Shown: piece by piece, positions 27,306 to 35,873 of the stretch
Layout: every line of letters begins with the position of its first letter
Numbering within the stretch: the first letter of the stretch is position 1
Assembly (NCBI GenBank): GCA_963845145.1
Contig: CAWJQU010000016.1
Location: forward strand, 1-64,000
DNA length: 64,000 nucleotides
DNA from: an uncultured delta proteobacterium
GTDB lineage: Bacteria; Desulfobacterota; Desulfobacteria; Desulfobacterales; QNYZ01
Direction of reading: 5' to 3'
Position numbers and translations under genes: made by a program
Notes under the pieces: generated by a model
Database searches by the model: none
Told to the model about the DNA's origin: nothing
Seen by the model: only the letters and a program-made list of their open reading frames with translations

Positions 27306-28865
27306 ATGCAAACCAGCTACGACGAAATCCCCTATAAAAGCAATCCTTTTCCACAGACACATCCAGATCGTCTTGCGACACTCGCCCATTTGTTCGGAAT
27401 GAAACCCACCCCCGTCACAAAATGTCGGGTACTTGAATTGGGATGTGCCAGTGGTGGAAATCTCATCCCCATGGCGTTTCATCTTCCGGAAAGTGAATTT
27501 GTTGGTGTCGACCTATCGGGTCGACAAGTGAAGCAGGCATTAAAAACAATTGATGACCTGGAATTAACAAATATTCGCATCGAAAACTCGTCTATCATGG
27601 ATATCAGCGAGTCTTGGGGAACTTTTGACTATATCATCTGTCACGGTGTCTATTCCTGGGTATCCGAAGAAGTCCAGAATAAAATCTTAGCTATTTCATC
27701 CAGAAATCTTTCACCCCAAGGTGTATCCTATGTGAGCTACAACACCTATCCCGGGTGGCATCTTCGAGAGATGATCCGCCATATGATGCGTTATCATGCC
27801 GACCAGTTTCAGGACACCACCCAGCGCATCGAACAGGCGCGGGCTCTAATTGATTTTTTGGCGGGATCCGTATCAACGGAAAGTTATTTTGGACTTATGC
27901 TAAAAAGCGAACTCGAGCTGGTCAGAAAGAGCCAGAACGCTTACTTATTTCACGAACATCTCGAGGACGTCAATACACCTAATTATTTTCATCAGTTCAT
28001 CGAGCGGGCGAAGCGATATGGTTTGCAATACCTTGCCGAAGCAGAATTTACCACCATGATCAATAGCGGTTTCCCCGATGATGTGGCCGAGACCTTAAAT
28101 CGAATCAGTTCGAATATTATTCAATCTGAGCAATATATGGACTTTTTGCGCAACCGTTTCTTCCGACAAACGCTTCTATGTCATAAAGAGCATACCCTCA
28201 ACCGGAACTTGGATGCGGATAGCTTGGGTGATCTGCTAATTGCATCCCCAGCATGTCCGGAATCAACTCCCATAGACCTTTCACCCGGCAAAAAACAATC
28301 TTTTCGTACGCCCTCAGATTTGGCGTTTAATACTGAATTACCGCTGACAAAAGCGGTATTAACCGTGTTGAATGAGCATTGGCCAAAGGCAATCGATCTA
28401 TATAGTTTAATGCAAGAGGCCTGTCACCGATTAGATATAAACCACACATGCAATGAAATTATTAAGGAGTGTCAGGCAGTGAAGCAGGATCTACTTCACT
28501 CTTACTCTTTGAATATTGTTGAATTTCACACTTGGCAGGCCGCTTTTGAAAGAAAAGTTAGTGCGCACCCAAAAGTGAGCAGACTGGCAGCCTATCAAAC
28601 CGCAAGAGGGCAAACCGTCGCCAACCAGCGTCACGAACGTGTCAGACTGGATGAAATTGGTCAAGAGTTGATACGCCTTCTAGACGGTAAGCGGAATCAA
28701 AAGGCGTTATGGGAACATTTGAACAAGTGTGTGAAAGAGAGGACTTTGGTCATACGGCAGGATGGTGTGCTTCTGACTGACCAAGAGATGGTTCAGCAAA
28801 CCCTTGATCAGACCTTGGGGCAAACTTTAGAGAAGTTGGCGGATGCTGCGCTTCTTGTTGGGTAA
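27306..28865 (+). CDS. Class I SAM methyltransferase with methyltransferase regulatory domain
   Basis: SYDEIPY.S.PFPQTHP, RVLELGCASGGNL, FDYIICHGVYSWV, VSYNTYPGW, YLFHEHLE, EQYMDFLRNRFFRQTLL. Confidence 0.9.
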   Translation: MQTSYDEIPYKSNPFPQTHPDRLATLAHLFGMKPTPVTKCRVLELGCASGGNLIPMAFHLPESEFVGVDLSGRQVKQALKTIDDLELTNIRIENSSIMDISESWGTFDYIICHGVYSWVSEEVQNKILAISSRNLSPQGVSYVSYNTYPGWHLREMIRHMMRYHADQFQDTTQRIEQARALIDFLAGSVSTESYFGLMLKSELELVRKSQNAYLFHEHLEDVNTPNYFHQFIERAKRYGLQYLAEAEFTTMINSGFPDDVAETLNRISSNIIQSEQYMDFLRNRFFRQTLLCHKEHTLNRNLDADSLGDLLIASPACPESTPIDLSPGKKQSFRTPSDLAFNTELPLTKAVLTVLNEHWPKAIDLYSLMQEACHRLDINHTCNEIIKECQAVKQDLLHSYSLNIVEFHTWQAAFERKVSAHPKVSRLAAYQTARGQTVANQRHERVRLDEIGQELIRLLDGKRNQKALWEHLNKCVKERTLVIRQDGVLLTDQEMVQQTLDQTLGQTLEKLADAALLVG

Positions 28866-28954
28866 ACTATTCGACAACTACCTTTTGGACGTCCACGCTT
28901 TTTAATTCGAATCGCTTTGGCGCCGCCTTGCTCATATGATATATTATACTACGA

Positions 28955-29854
28955 CTATATTTCCTGCCCTGTTCTGGAATCAATGGTCGGGCCATCTATA
29001 CCTCGTCGGTATGTAGGCTCACTTCCAGTAGCATCGGAAGCTTGTCCTGCAAGGTAGGAAACAGCGGGAGTTACCAGTGCACTGATAGCATTGCCAGTAC
29101 CTCCGCCCGCATCACCACCTAGTCCTGCCATTGCTGCCGCATTCATTAGCGCGCTTAAAACTGTATCAGCCGGTTGCCCTTGAGAAGGAAGTCTTGATAA
29201 AACGTGGTTAATCAGGGCTCCCGATAATGCGCCGGCAATTGCTTGAACATTACAATTAGCACCGCCGATTGCTCTGCCTATAACGGCTGTTAATGCGTCG
29301 CCAATCATTCCAATACCTCCGGCAAAAAGGTCCCCAAGGGTAAAGGCGACGTTTCTCGTGCTAACTAACTGAAAGCAAAAGGTGGTCGGGGCAACAAAGG
29401 GCCAACCGGAAACATCCTGGCAATTTTGTGTAGATATTACCCATGCGGGAGTAGAAACAGCTACGGGAGTGTCTCCGCCCGGGGCGGAACCATCCACTGG
29501 TTCACGCACTGAAAATGAAGGGAGCCAATATTTGGTTGATGAGGCGAGTATGCGAAGCAGGATCGACGGTGATGCAACTATAGGTGGAGACGGTATATGT
29601 GTTTGCCCCGGCCCCCAATTGTGTCCCCAAAGTATATTGCCGATCCCCTCAGTAGTCACCCTTTGCCATGACCACTTTCCGGTCAAGGCAAATCCTGATA
29701 TTTGACTATTAATTACAACAAACCATGGAATGCTTGGGATGATGACAGGATTTGGTGGGGCTGGCGGAGGAGGAGGAATACTCGGCGGCGCAACCGAATG
29801 GAAGTCCACACCAACGCCGGCTATGGGCGGATATTTTGCAATTCGTGCCGTCAT
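28955..29854 (-). CDS. Atypical PAAR-like spike-tip protein with Gly/Ala-rich hydrophobic C-terminal extension
   Basis: Last gene after vgrG and DUF2169 genes; Pro-rich DFH...GHNWG..THIP...SSTK...QNC pattern with His/Cys candidates for metal binding; start ATG 29854. Confidence 0.5.
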   Translation of the reverse strand: MTARIAKYPPIAGVGVDFHSVAPPSIPPPPPAPPNPVIIPSIPWFVVINSQISGFALTGKWSWQRVTTEGIGNILWGHNWGPGQTHIPSPPIVASPSILLRILASSTKYWLPSFSVREPVDGSAPGGDTPVAVSTPAWVISTQNCQDVSGWPFVAPTTFCFQLVSTRNVAFTLGDLFAGGIGMIGDALTAVIGRAIGGANCNVQAIAGALSGALINHVLSRLPSQGQPADTVLSALMNAAAMAGLGGDAGGGTGNAISALVTPAVSYLAGQASDATGSEPTYRRGIDGPTIDSRTGQEI

Positions 29855-29855
29855 T

Positions 29856-31151
29856 TTAAAACCTATGCATATCAATTATAATTGTTGGCAATAATTTGTC
29901 CAACTGACCTTGGCTAATGGGTTTAGTTAGAACAGTTCGAGCCGACCAGATTAAATTTAAACTTTGTTTATGTAAATCAATGCAAACTAGCATTAGTTGC
30001 GTATCGGCAGGTGATGAATCTACATGTGGAGAATTAAGTGCAAAGATGGGCCTTTCACCTGGTAATTGGACTATATATTCAGATATACGCTTATTCATTC
30101 CAATAAGCTGGATTTTTTCATTTCCTCTTAAAAACGGTAGCCAGAGTCCCAGCGAAGCACAACGGCCGGCCAACGGGTGAATTAAATTTTGTAGTTCGGA
30201 AATTGGCGTAGAAAAAACGTTTCCACGGCAATAATCCTTTGGGATCAATGAGAGAGCCACTTCTTTTACCGGTTCTTGATTAAGTGCTATTGCTGGAGGT
30301 AATCCAACCATGGCTGATCGAGGGAAAGACTGAACGTCAAAATAATCGAATCCCACTGGAAGAGGCTGCTTATTCCAGGTTAACGGATTATCAACAATGA
30401 GCCGCTCCGTAGTCAGCCGGTCATCAACTCGCTCAAGATTCGGTAACTCACGCCCTTCTATGAACTTACGATTCCCCTCGATGACATACCCTTTTCCATA
30501 ACAATTACGTGGATACACGAGTGGAGGGGAATCTTTCAAATAGGCTTCGGCCACGGGTTTAACTCGGCGGATATGATCTGGAGCCGCGTTCTTACTGATC
30601 TCTTTCAGTAATGTCTCTTCGAAACTTAAATCTCTGCCACCATACGCATTTTCATATCGAAGCGCCATCTCCTCGAAAGGTTCCGGTGGAGTAAAAATAA
30701 GCCGCCCCTTTACATAGTCACAGAAACGTCGACCAATAACGTCCGCAGCATGGCGATAGTCACCGACTTGCACGGCAACAGTCATACTTTTAGTGGGATG
30801 AACCGATTGGGCACTAGCTTGCACTACCAGATCGGTTCCATTCTTAACCCCTATTATTTCCGGTAGTGACTTATACGAAAAAGGCTCGGTATCCGGTGTC
30901 GTTTTGTCATCATCATATCGGATACCTTGTTCATCAAGCGGAATCTGTTCATCAGCCGGCACACTGGGGCGATCATGGCTGAAATCATAAGTTCTTTTGT
31001 GAATGACGGTTAATTCCTCCACACCCTTAATATTCACTACCGTTAACTTAGTTTGCCCTGGGGATTGGATGTGGATATGGGAAGGAATACCTGTTTTGGA
31101 TGCCTGTTCAAATGGTATCGGCTGGGGAATTGTTTTTTTAATATCAACCAT
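29856..31151 (-). CDS. DUF2169 T6SS adaptor protein
   Basis: KRTYD, K.GTDLVV, PEPFEEMALRYENAYGG, N.YGKGY, LPNLE, FLRGNEKIQLIG. Confidence 0.8.
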   Translation of the reverse strand: MVDIKKTIPQPIPFEQASKTGIPSHIHIQSPGQTKLTVVNIKGVEELTVIHKRTYDFSHDRPSVPADEQIPLDEQGIRYDDDKTTPDTEPFSYKSLPEIIGVKNGTDLVVQASAQSVHPTKSMTVAVQVGDYRHAADVIGRRFCDYVKGRLIFTPPEPFEEMALRYENAYGGRDLSFEETLLKEISKNAAPDHIRRVKPVAEAYLKDSPPLVYPRNCYGKGYVIEGNRKFIEGRELPNLERVDDRLTTERLIVDNPLTWNKQPLPVGFDYFDVQSFPRSAMVGLPPAIALNQEPVKEVALSLIPKDYCRGNVFSTPISELQNLIHPLAGRCASLGLWLPFLRGNEKIQLIGMNKRISEYIVQLPGERPIFALNSPHVDSSPADTQLMLVCIDLHKQSLNLIWSARTVLTKPISQGQLDKLLPTIIIDMHRF

Positions 31152-32166
31152 AATGGTCTTCCGGCCGGGTGCGTGGTCTGACTATAGGATCGTCAAACCC
31201 TTCAAGTTTAACGCAGCGTTTTTCCAATGGACTAAAAAGGTAACGAAAAAGGCACAAATAACCGGCAATCAACACTCTTTCATCGGCAAGGATAACGAGC
31301 GATGATAATGTGGAGGGAAAGCGGCTATGAAGAGAACCCACTGTAACAATAGCCGTCGGCCCAATAGAGGGAGGGGTAGGGAAGATGATATCTCCTGTGG
31401 TAGATAATCCGGATAATCGTATATTTGCCCCAATTTCCCCATTTTTTATTACCAGTTCAGGTACAGTTTGATTGAATACGGACTCAATCAGAGGAATCAT
31501 CAGATCCTCAGGGTCGGCTGATTCTTTTTCATTAAAATACATCCCTTTAGGTTTGAAGAAGCAGGCCGGAGGAGGTTGATCGCTCCATCTCCGGATCAGA
31601 GAGTCCTGCTGCTCCAGGTTAGGGAGCGGTTGGCCCTCAGCCTGGCTCTTGGACAAGTAAAAACCACGACCATCTGGATTTACGGAGTGGGCAAGCTCAC
31701 TATCCTCCCATACCGCCTTGCCACCATAAGCGTAATTGTTTGAAAGATCCATTTCCAAAAAAGGTAAAGGTTCGGAAGCGACGAGTTCACCATTGGACAC
31801 CCTCCAAGTCCGATCACCAAATACCTCTATTTTATGTGAAACATTACCGCATTCCACAGCAACATACATTCTTTTAACGGGTTCTGCTTTTAATGCAATC
31901 GCCTTACCGAAAACAATAATATCAATACCTTTTTTTCGATAATCCAATTCCGGTGCCAAACTTATGTCTCTGAATACAAAGGGTTTTTCGAATACTGGCC
32001 AACCTTCTTCGGGATCAACCGGTATCAAAGATTCTCGGTCGAGGGAATAGGTGATTTTACTAGCCACAATACCGAGCATTTCCGTATCACCCATGGAGCC
32101 GGAAAGAAAGTCGGCCGGGAACCTTGTCGAATTGATAAACTTCATCAGATAGTCACTAATCCTCAC
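31144..32166 (-). CDS. DUF2169 T6SS adaptor protein (second, divergent copy; likely start ATG 32145)
   Basis: K.GIDIIVFGKA, VFGDRTW, PLPF..M.L...YAYGG, NPDGRGFY, LPNLE. Confidence 0.8.
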   Translation of the reverse strand: MRISDYLMKFINSTRFPADFLSGSMGDTEMLGIVASKITYSLDRESLIPVDPEEGWPVFEKPFVFRDISLAPELDYRKKGIDIIVFGKAIALKAEPVKRMYVAVECGNVSHKIEVFGDRTWRVSNGELVASEPLPFLEMDLSNNYAYGGKAVWEDSELAHSVNPDGRGFYLSKSQAEGQPLPNLEQQDSLIRRWSDQPPPACFFKPKGMYFNEKESADPEDLMIPLIESVFNQTVPELVIKNGEIGANIRLSGLSTTGDIIFPTPPSIGPTAIVTVGSLHSRFPSTLSSLVILADERVLIAGYLCLFRYLFSPLEKRCVKLEGFDDPIVRPRTRPEDHYG

Positions 32167-32491
32167 TAAAGTCAGGGTGGCCTACACAAGGAATTTCCTG
32201 TAACCTTTTATGGTTTTTAAAAACGGCAAGCTCCATGAATTTCTGTGAGCGATTATTAAAATCTTCATCATCATCAATATCTTTATTGTGATCGGTCTCA
32301 ATTAATTGTCGTAACTTAGAATTATAAAATTCATGTTTGAAGTTCTCCATAACAGCATCTTCGCGTGAAGCCCAGTCTTCCATATCAGGAGAATTTCCGG
32401 CAACTATCAGGTTTAAGAATTCTTCACGTAAGAGCCCCAGCTTGTTTTCTAAAAAAAGAACTGCAGCAACGTCTCGTATGGATTTCAGCAT
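32156..32491 (-). CDS. Acidic hypothetical protein in the vgrG cassette
   Basis: 111-aa ORF ending just before the DUF2169 start. Confidence 0.55.
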   Translation of the reverse strand: MLKSIRDVAAVLFLENKLGLLREEFLNLIVAGNSPDMEDWASREDAVMENFKHEFYNSKLRQLIETDHNKDIDDDEDFNNRSQKFMELAVFKNHKRLQEIPCVGHPDFSED

Positions 32492-32612
32492 TTTAATAAC
32501 CTTGATGCTGATAATTTGTAGTTAGATGATCGTTTCATAAAAGGCCTGCGTGGAACTTTATTTTCTATCTAATTGAGTTAGTGGTATAATTTTACATATT
32601 TCAGGAAAATTT

Positions 32613-33041
32613 TCAGCAATTTAAACGAATCCGTTCGCCATCCAGTTTAACATCGTCATTTGCTTTGATATCAATGTCTCCAAGATCGGCAGTAATCATT
32701 TGGCCCCGAGCCTTGCTGTACAGGTCACCCTCTGCCTCAATATGAATGTTTCCATCTGTTGTCAGAGCCATATCTTTTCGGCTGTGAATAGATACTCTTT
32801 CAGCATCAATAGCTAAATTCCCCTCAGCCTGGATCGTTAGAGTCCCTCCACCGATTTTCAACACCGGCCCAGCTGTAGTGATTTGAATCGATAGACTCAA
32901 ATTACCATCTGAACCAACGATATTTAAGACATTGCTGAGCTGATGGTTCTCAATTACGAGTTTTTGTTTTGCAACAAGAGCCACCGTTTTTGTATTTGTC
33001 GCTTTTGTAAGTGCTTGGCTCTTTTTCATAAAGTATTCCAA
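32613..33041 (-). CDS. VgrG-associated beta-strand-repeat protein (DUF6484-like)
   Basis: Directly after vgrG; gp5-like alternating strands, ends DVKLDGERIRLNC. Confidence 0.6.
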   Translation of the reverse strand: MEYFMKKSQALTKATNTKTVALVAKQKLVIENHQLSNVLNIVGSDGNLSLSIQITTAGPVLKIGGGTLTIQAEGNLAIDAERVSIHSRKDMALTTDGNIHIEAEGDLYSKARGQMITADLGDIDIKANDDVKLDGERIRLNC

Positions 33042-33044
33042 TCT

Positions 33045-35012
33045 TTAAGCATTATGTTTTATTAGAGAAGCTGTTTCGGTAATGATTCCACCCGTACTGA
33101 TATTAACGCCACTGCCATCGGCTTTTGTTATGGAACCACCGCCGGAAAGGATGGACGTAGGCGCTTCGATTTTAGCCTCGGCAGGACTGCTCATAAAGGC
33201 ATTGGCATCCAAGGTAATGCTGGAACCTCCCCCCGCACTGATGGTTATCTTGGCGGGTTCAATGGTTACCGAGCTTCCCCCACAAGTCAGCTTGATCTTG
33301 GCCGGGGCCTGCATGTTAATTTCACTTGTGGTATCGAGCTGGTAATTACCGGTCACATTTACCGTTCGGTTGCCAGCCTCTACCGTCAGGCTGGTATCCC
33401 CTTTGACTGTAACAGATCGGGTTCCCGCCTGAACTCCGATGGTATCGTTTCCTCCAACGATAGTTGTTGTGCGATCGTTTTCGATGGTTGATCCCATATC
33501 CTTCTGCGCATGGATGGTTACACCCTCTTTTCCTTTGGTATCATTTAACGAGAATTCATTGTACCCACCGCTGCCGGGAGTGCTGTTGGATTTCATACCA
33601 CTGACAACTTTTTGGCCGGGAAGCCCGAAAGGCGGCATTAGTTCGGCGTTGTAAACGCGGCCGGTGATGAGGGGTCGGTCAGGATCGCCTTCCATGAAGC
33701 TGACTATCACCTCTTCGCCGATACGGGGAATATCGATTCCGCCAAACCCTTTTCCGGCATGAACCTGGGATACTCGGATCCAGCAGGAGGTGTTTTCATC
33801 GTACTTTCCTTCCCGGTCCCAGTGGAACTGCACCTTGACCTGTCCGTTTTTATCCGTAAAGATCTCTTCTCCGGGAGGGCCGGTAACCACAGCGGTCTGG
33901 GTGCCTTGGATTATCGGTTTGGGTGTTGTGCGCGCCGGTCGGAATTGGACGGAGCTGGGTATAGTGGTAAAGGCACATGAACAGATCTCACCCTGCCCGC
34001 CGGAGGTTTCATAATCTTCGGCCGCAGCTTGATAATCGGTGGACAAAATCAAATACTCACGGTTCTGGTCTCTACGTGTATGCTGGGCCATGGTAAAGAG
34101 ATAACCCGCGCAAATGCCCCGGGAATCCGCCTGACCGCTGCAGACCTCATGGGATTGGGCCAACTCTTCCATGCGGATTTTGGCATATTTGTCGCCATCG
34201 GCTTTTTCCGAATATTCGCCCGGATAGTCATAAATTTCATATTCAGCCTCGGCATGCTCCTTTATATCCTCTTCCGTGCTCATCAAAGAGGTACTCGGTT
34301 TTTCAAAATTGTAATCGGTATGGGCGACTTTCCCAGGCTGGACGCATTTTTCGACCGTCCATGTACTGATTCGTTCCTGGATCGACGAGCTGCGGGTATC
34401 GGGCGTAAAGTCAATCTCATCGTAATCCCCGAAAGGATCATGCTTGCTGCGCGAATCGCAAAGCACAATGGTGCATTTACCCTGCTCGTGCAGAAAATAA
34501 TAATAGATGCCCTCTTGTTCCATCAGTCGGCTGACGAAGTTGAAATCCGTTTCCCGATATTGGACACAATAATTCCATGTTTGGTATCCGCCGGAAAGCC
34601 GATCCTCGATGTCGCTGAAACCCAAATCATTAAAGACTTGTTTGATAATATCCGGGACCGTCTTTTCCTGGAAGATGCGGCAGTCTGACGTGCGGGTTAA
34701 AAACCATAACCAGGGCACCATCGTTGCGCGGTATTGGGCAAACTGGGTACTGGTCGACACACCTTGCACAAAACGGTTGATATACCCATTCCAGTAGCGC
34801 TTGCCTCCTTCGGGTAATTCCATGCTAATCGTTACATTCTGTCCGATGATATCGTCGAAGTTGATTTCGTAGTCTTCGCTTAACAGGTTGAGATCAAACT
34901 CAAATAAGCGACTGATCTCTTCATGCGCAGAGAAACTCTGTAGCAACAGCACATCTTCGCCCAAAGATGTTTCTATAGCGATATGTCGGGTTGCCTGGGT
35001 TGGTTGAGGCAT
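33045..35012 (-). CDS. vgrG: T6SS spike protein VgrG
   Basis: YCVQYRETDFNFVSRLMEQEGIYY, QTAVVTGP.GEEIFTD..G.VKVQFHWDR, PRIGEEVIVSFMEGDPDRP. Confidence 0.97.
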   Translation of the reverse strand: MPQPTQATRHIAIETSLGEDVLLLQSFSAHEEISRLFEFDLNLLSEDYEINFDDIIGQNVTISMELPEGGKRYWNGYINRFVQGVSTSTQFAQYRATMVPWLWFLTRTSDCRIFQEKTVPDIIKQVFNDLGFSDIEDRLSGGYQTWNYCVQYRETDFNFVSRLMEQEGIYYYFLHEQGKCTIVLCDSRSKHDPFGDYDEIDFTPDTRSSSIQERISTWTVEKCVQPGKVAHTDYNFEKPSTSLMSTEEDIKEHAEAEYEIYDYPGEYSEKADGDKYAKIRMEELAQSHEVCSGQADSRGICAGYLFTMAQHTRRDQNREYLILSTDYQAAAEDYETSGGQGEICSCAFTTIPSSVQFRPARTTPKPIIQGTQTAVVTGPPGEEIFTDKNGQVKVQFHWDREGKYDENTSCWIRVSQVHAGKGFGGIDIPRIGEEVIVSFMEGDPDRPLITGRVYNAELMPPFGLPGQKVVSGMKSNSTPGSGGYNEFSLNDTKGKEGVTIHAQKDMGSTIENDRTTTIVGGNDTIGVQAGTRSVTVKGDTSLTVEAGNRTVNVTGNYQLDTTSEINMQAPAKIKLTCGGSSVTIEPAKITISAGGGSSITLDANAFMSSPAEAKIEAPTSILSGGGSITKADGSGVNISTGGIITETASLIKHNA

Positions 35013-35076
35013 GATGCACTCCTCTTGCTACAGGTTAGTCTACAAAAAAACCGCTTTAAATGCAACGAAAGGGCTT

Positions 35077-35115
35077 CCAGAGTATCCCACTTTTTCACGT
35101 TAGCGGATACTCTGG
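35077..35115 (-). terminator. Stem-loop between hcp and vgrG
   Basis: CCAGAGTATCC / GGATACTCTGG 11-bp inverted repeat; a weaker stem and T-run follow on the minus strand. Confidence 0.4.
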
Positions 35116-35236
35116 TCTCAGGTACCATTATCTGCGAGAGAGCCTTGATACTGGTCACGGAATAATAGTTGTCGATTCGTAAGTTGAAGGGTCTGTATGA
35201 AAACCCTGGCAGACACCAAAAACCTCGGGCCTCCGA

Positions 35237-35716
35237 TTACTCGCCCGATTCCACTTTCCAGGTATACTCAACGTTTCCTTTCTTCTTACCTGTGTTGTCG
35301 TTTTCGGTGTAGGTCACTTTGATTTCTTCAAAGTTCAACGACATTTGTTCGGTCGGCACATCTTCCGCCTGCCCGCTACCACCAACGTTATAGCTCGTGA
35401 CTAAAACGTTTTTCAGTTCATAGGCATAGTAAGTCACCCGTCCGGCATCGGTGGTTGAGGCCGTCAGGTGAATCTCTACCTTTGGAAAAACTTTTCCTTT
35501 GCACATGGACTCGGCAATCTTCGGGCTTGCCTTGTCCAACTCCTTTACTATCGTGACATCTTCCATTACGACGTCACCCCGACGACGGGTCGGCCCGGTG
35601 GCGGCGCCTCCCGGCTGCATAATCCCCTGGCTAAATGAAAGGATATCACTCCAGCCTTTGTGATCCTTATCCTGGGCCTCACCCTCCACGCCATCATACT
35701 TGATGTAAGCCGCCAT
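35237..35716 (-). CDS. hcp: T6SS tube protein Hcp (TssD)
   Basis: YIKYDGVEGEAQDKDHKGW, KELDKASPK, YELKNVLVTSY, PTEQMSLNFEEIKVTY. Confidence 0.97.
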   Translation of the reverse strand: MAAYIKYDGVEGEAQDKDHKGWSDILSFSQGIMQPGGAATGPTRRRGDVVMEDVTIVKELDKASPKIAESMCKGKVFPKVEIHLTASTTDAGRVTYYAYELKNVLVTSYNVGGSGQAEDVPTEQMSLNFEEIKVTYTENDNTGKKKGNVEYTWKVESGE

Positions 35717-35873
35717 TGTTGCCTCCTTTTTTGATGTTAATGGTATCTTCCGAGGTCATCGTATGGAAGACACTGTTTAAAATCTCATTCAGATTGAAAA
35801 ACCTGAAGTCCCGAATGCTAATTTATTCACCTCCCTTCGACTTTCTTTCTGAGCCGTAAACCTGCCTCACAGA

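Noticed and set aside
34029..34688. 219-aa plus-strand ORF and many similar ORFs across the T6SS genes
   Set aside because: Antisense or alternate-frame shadows of well-supported genes
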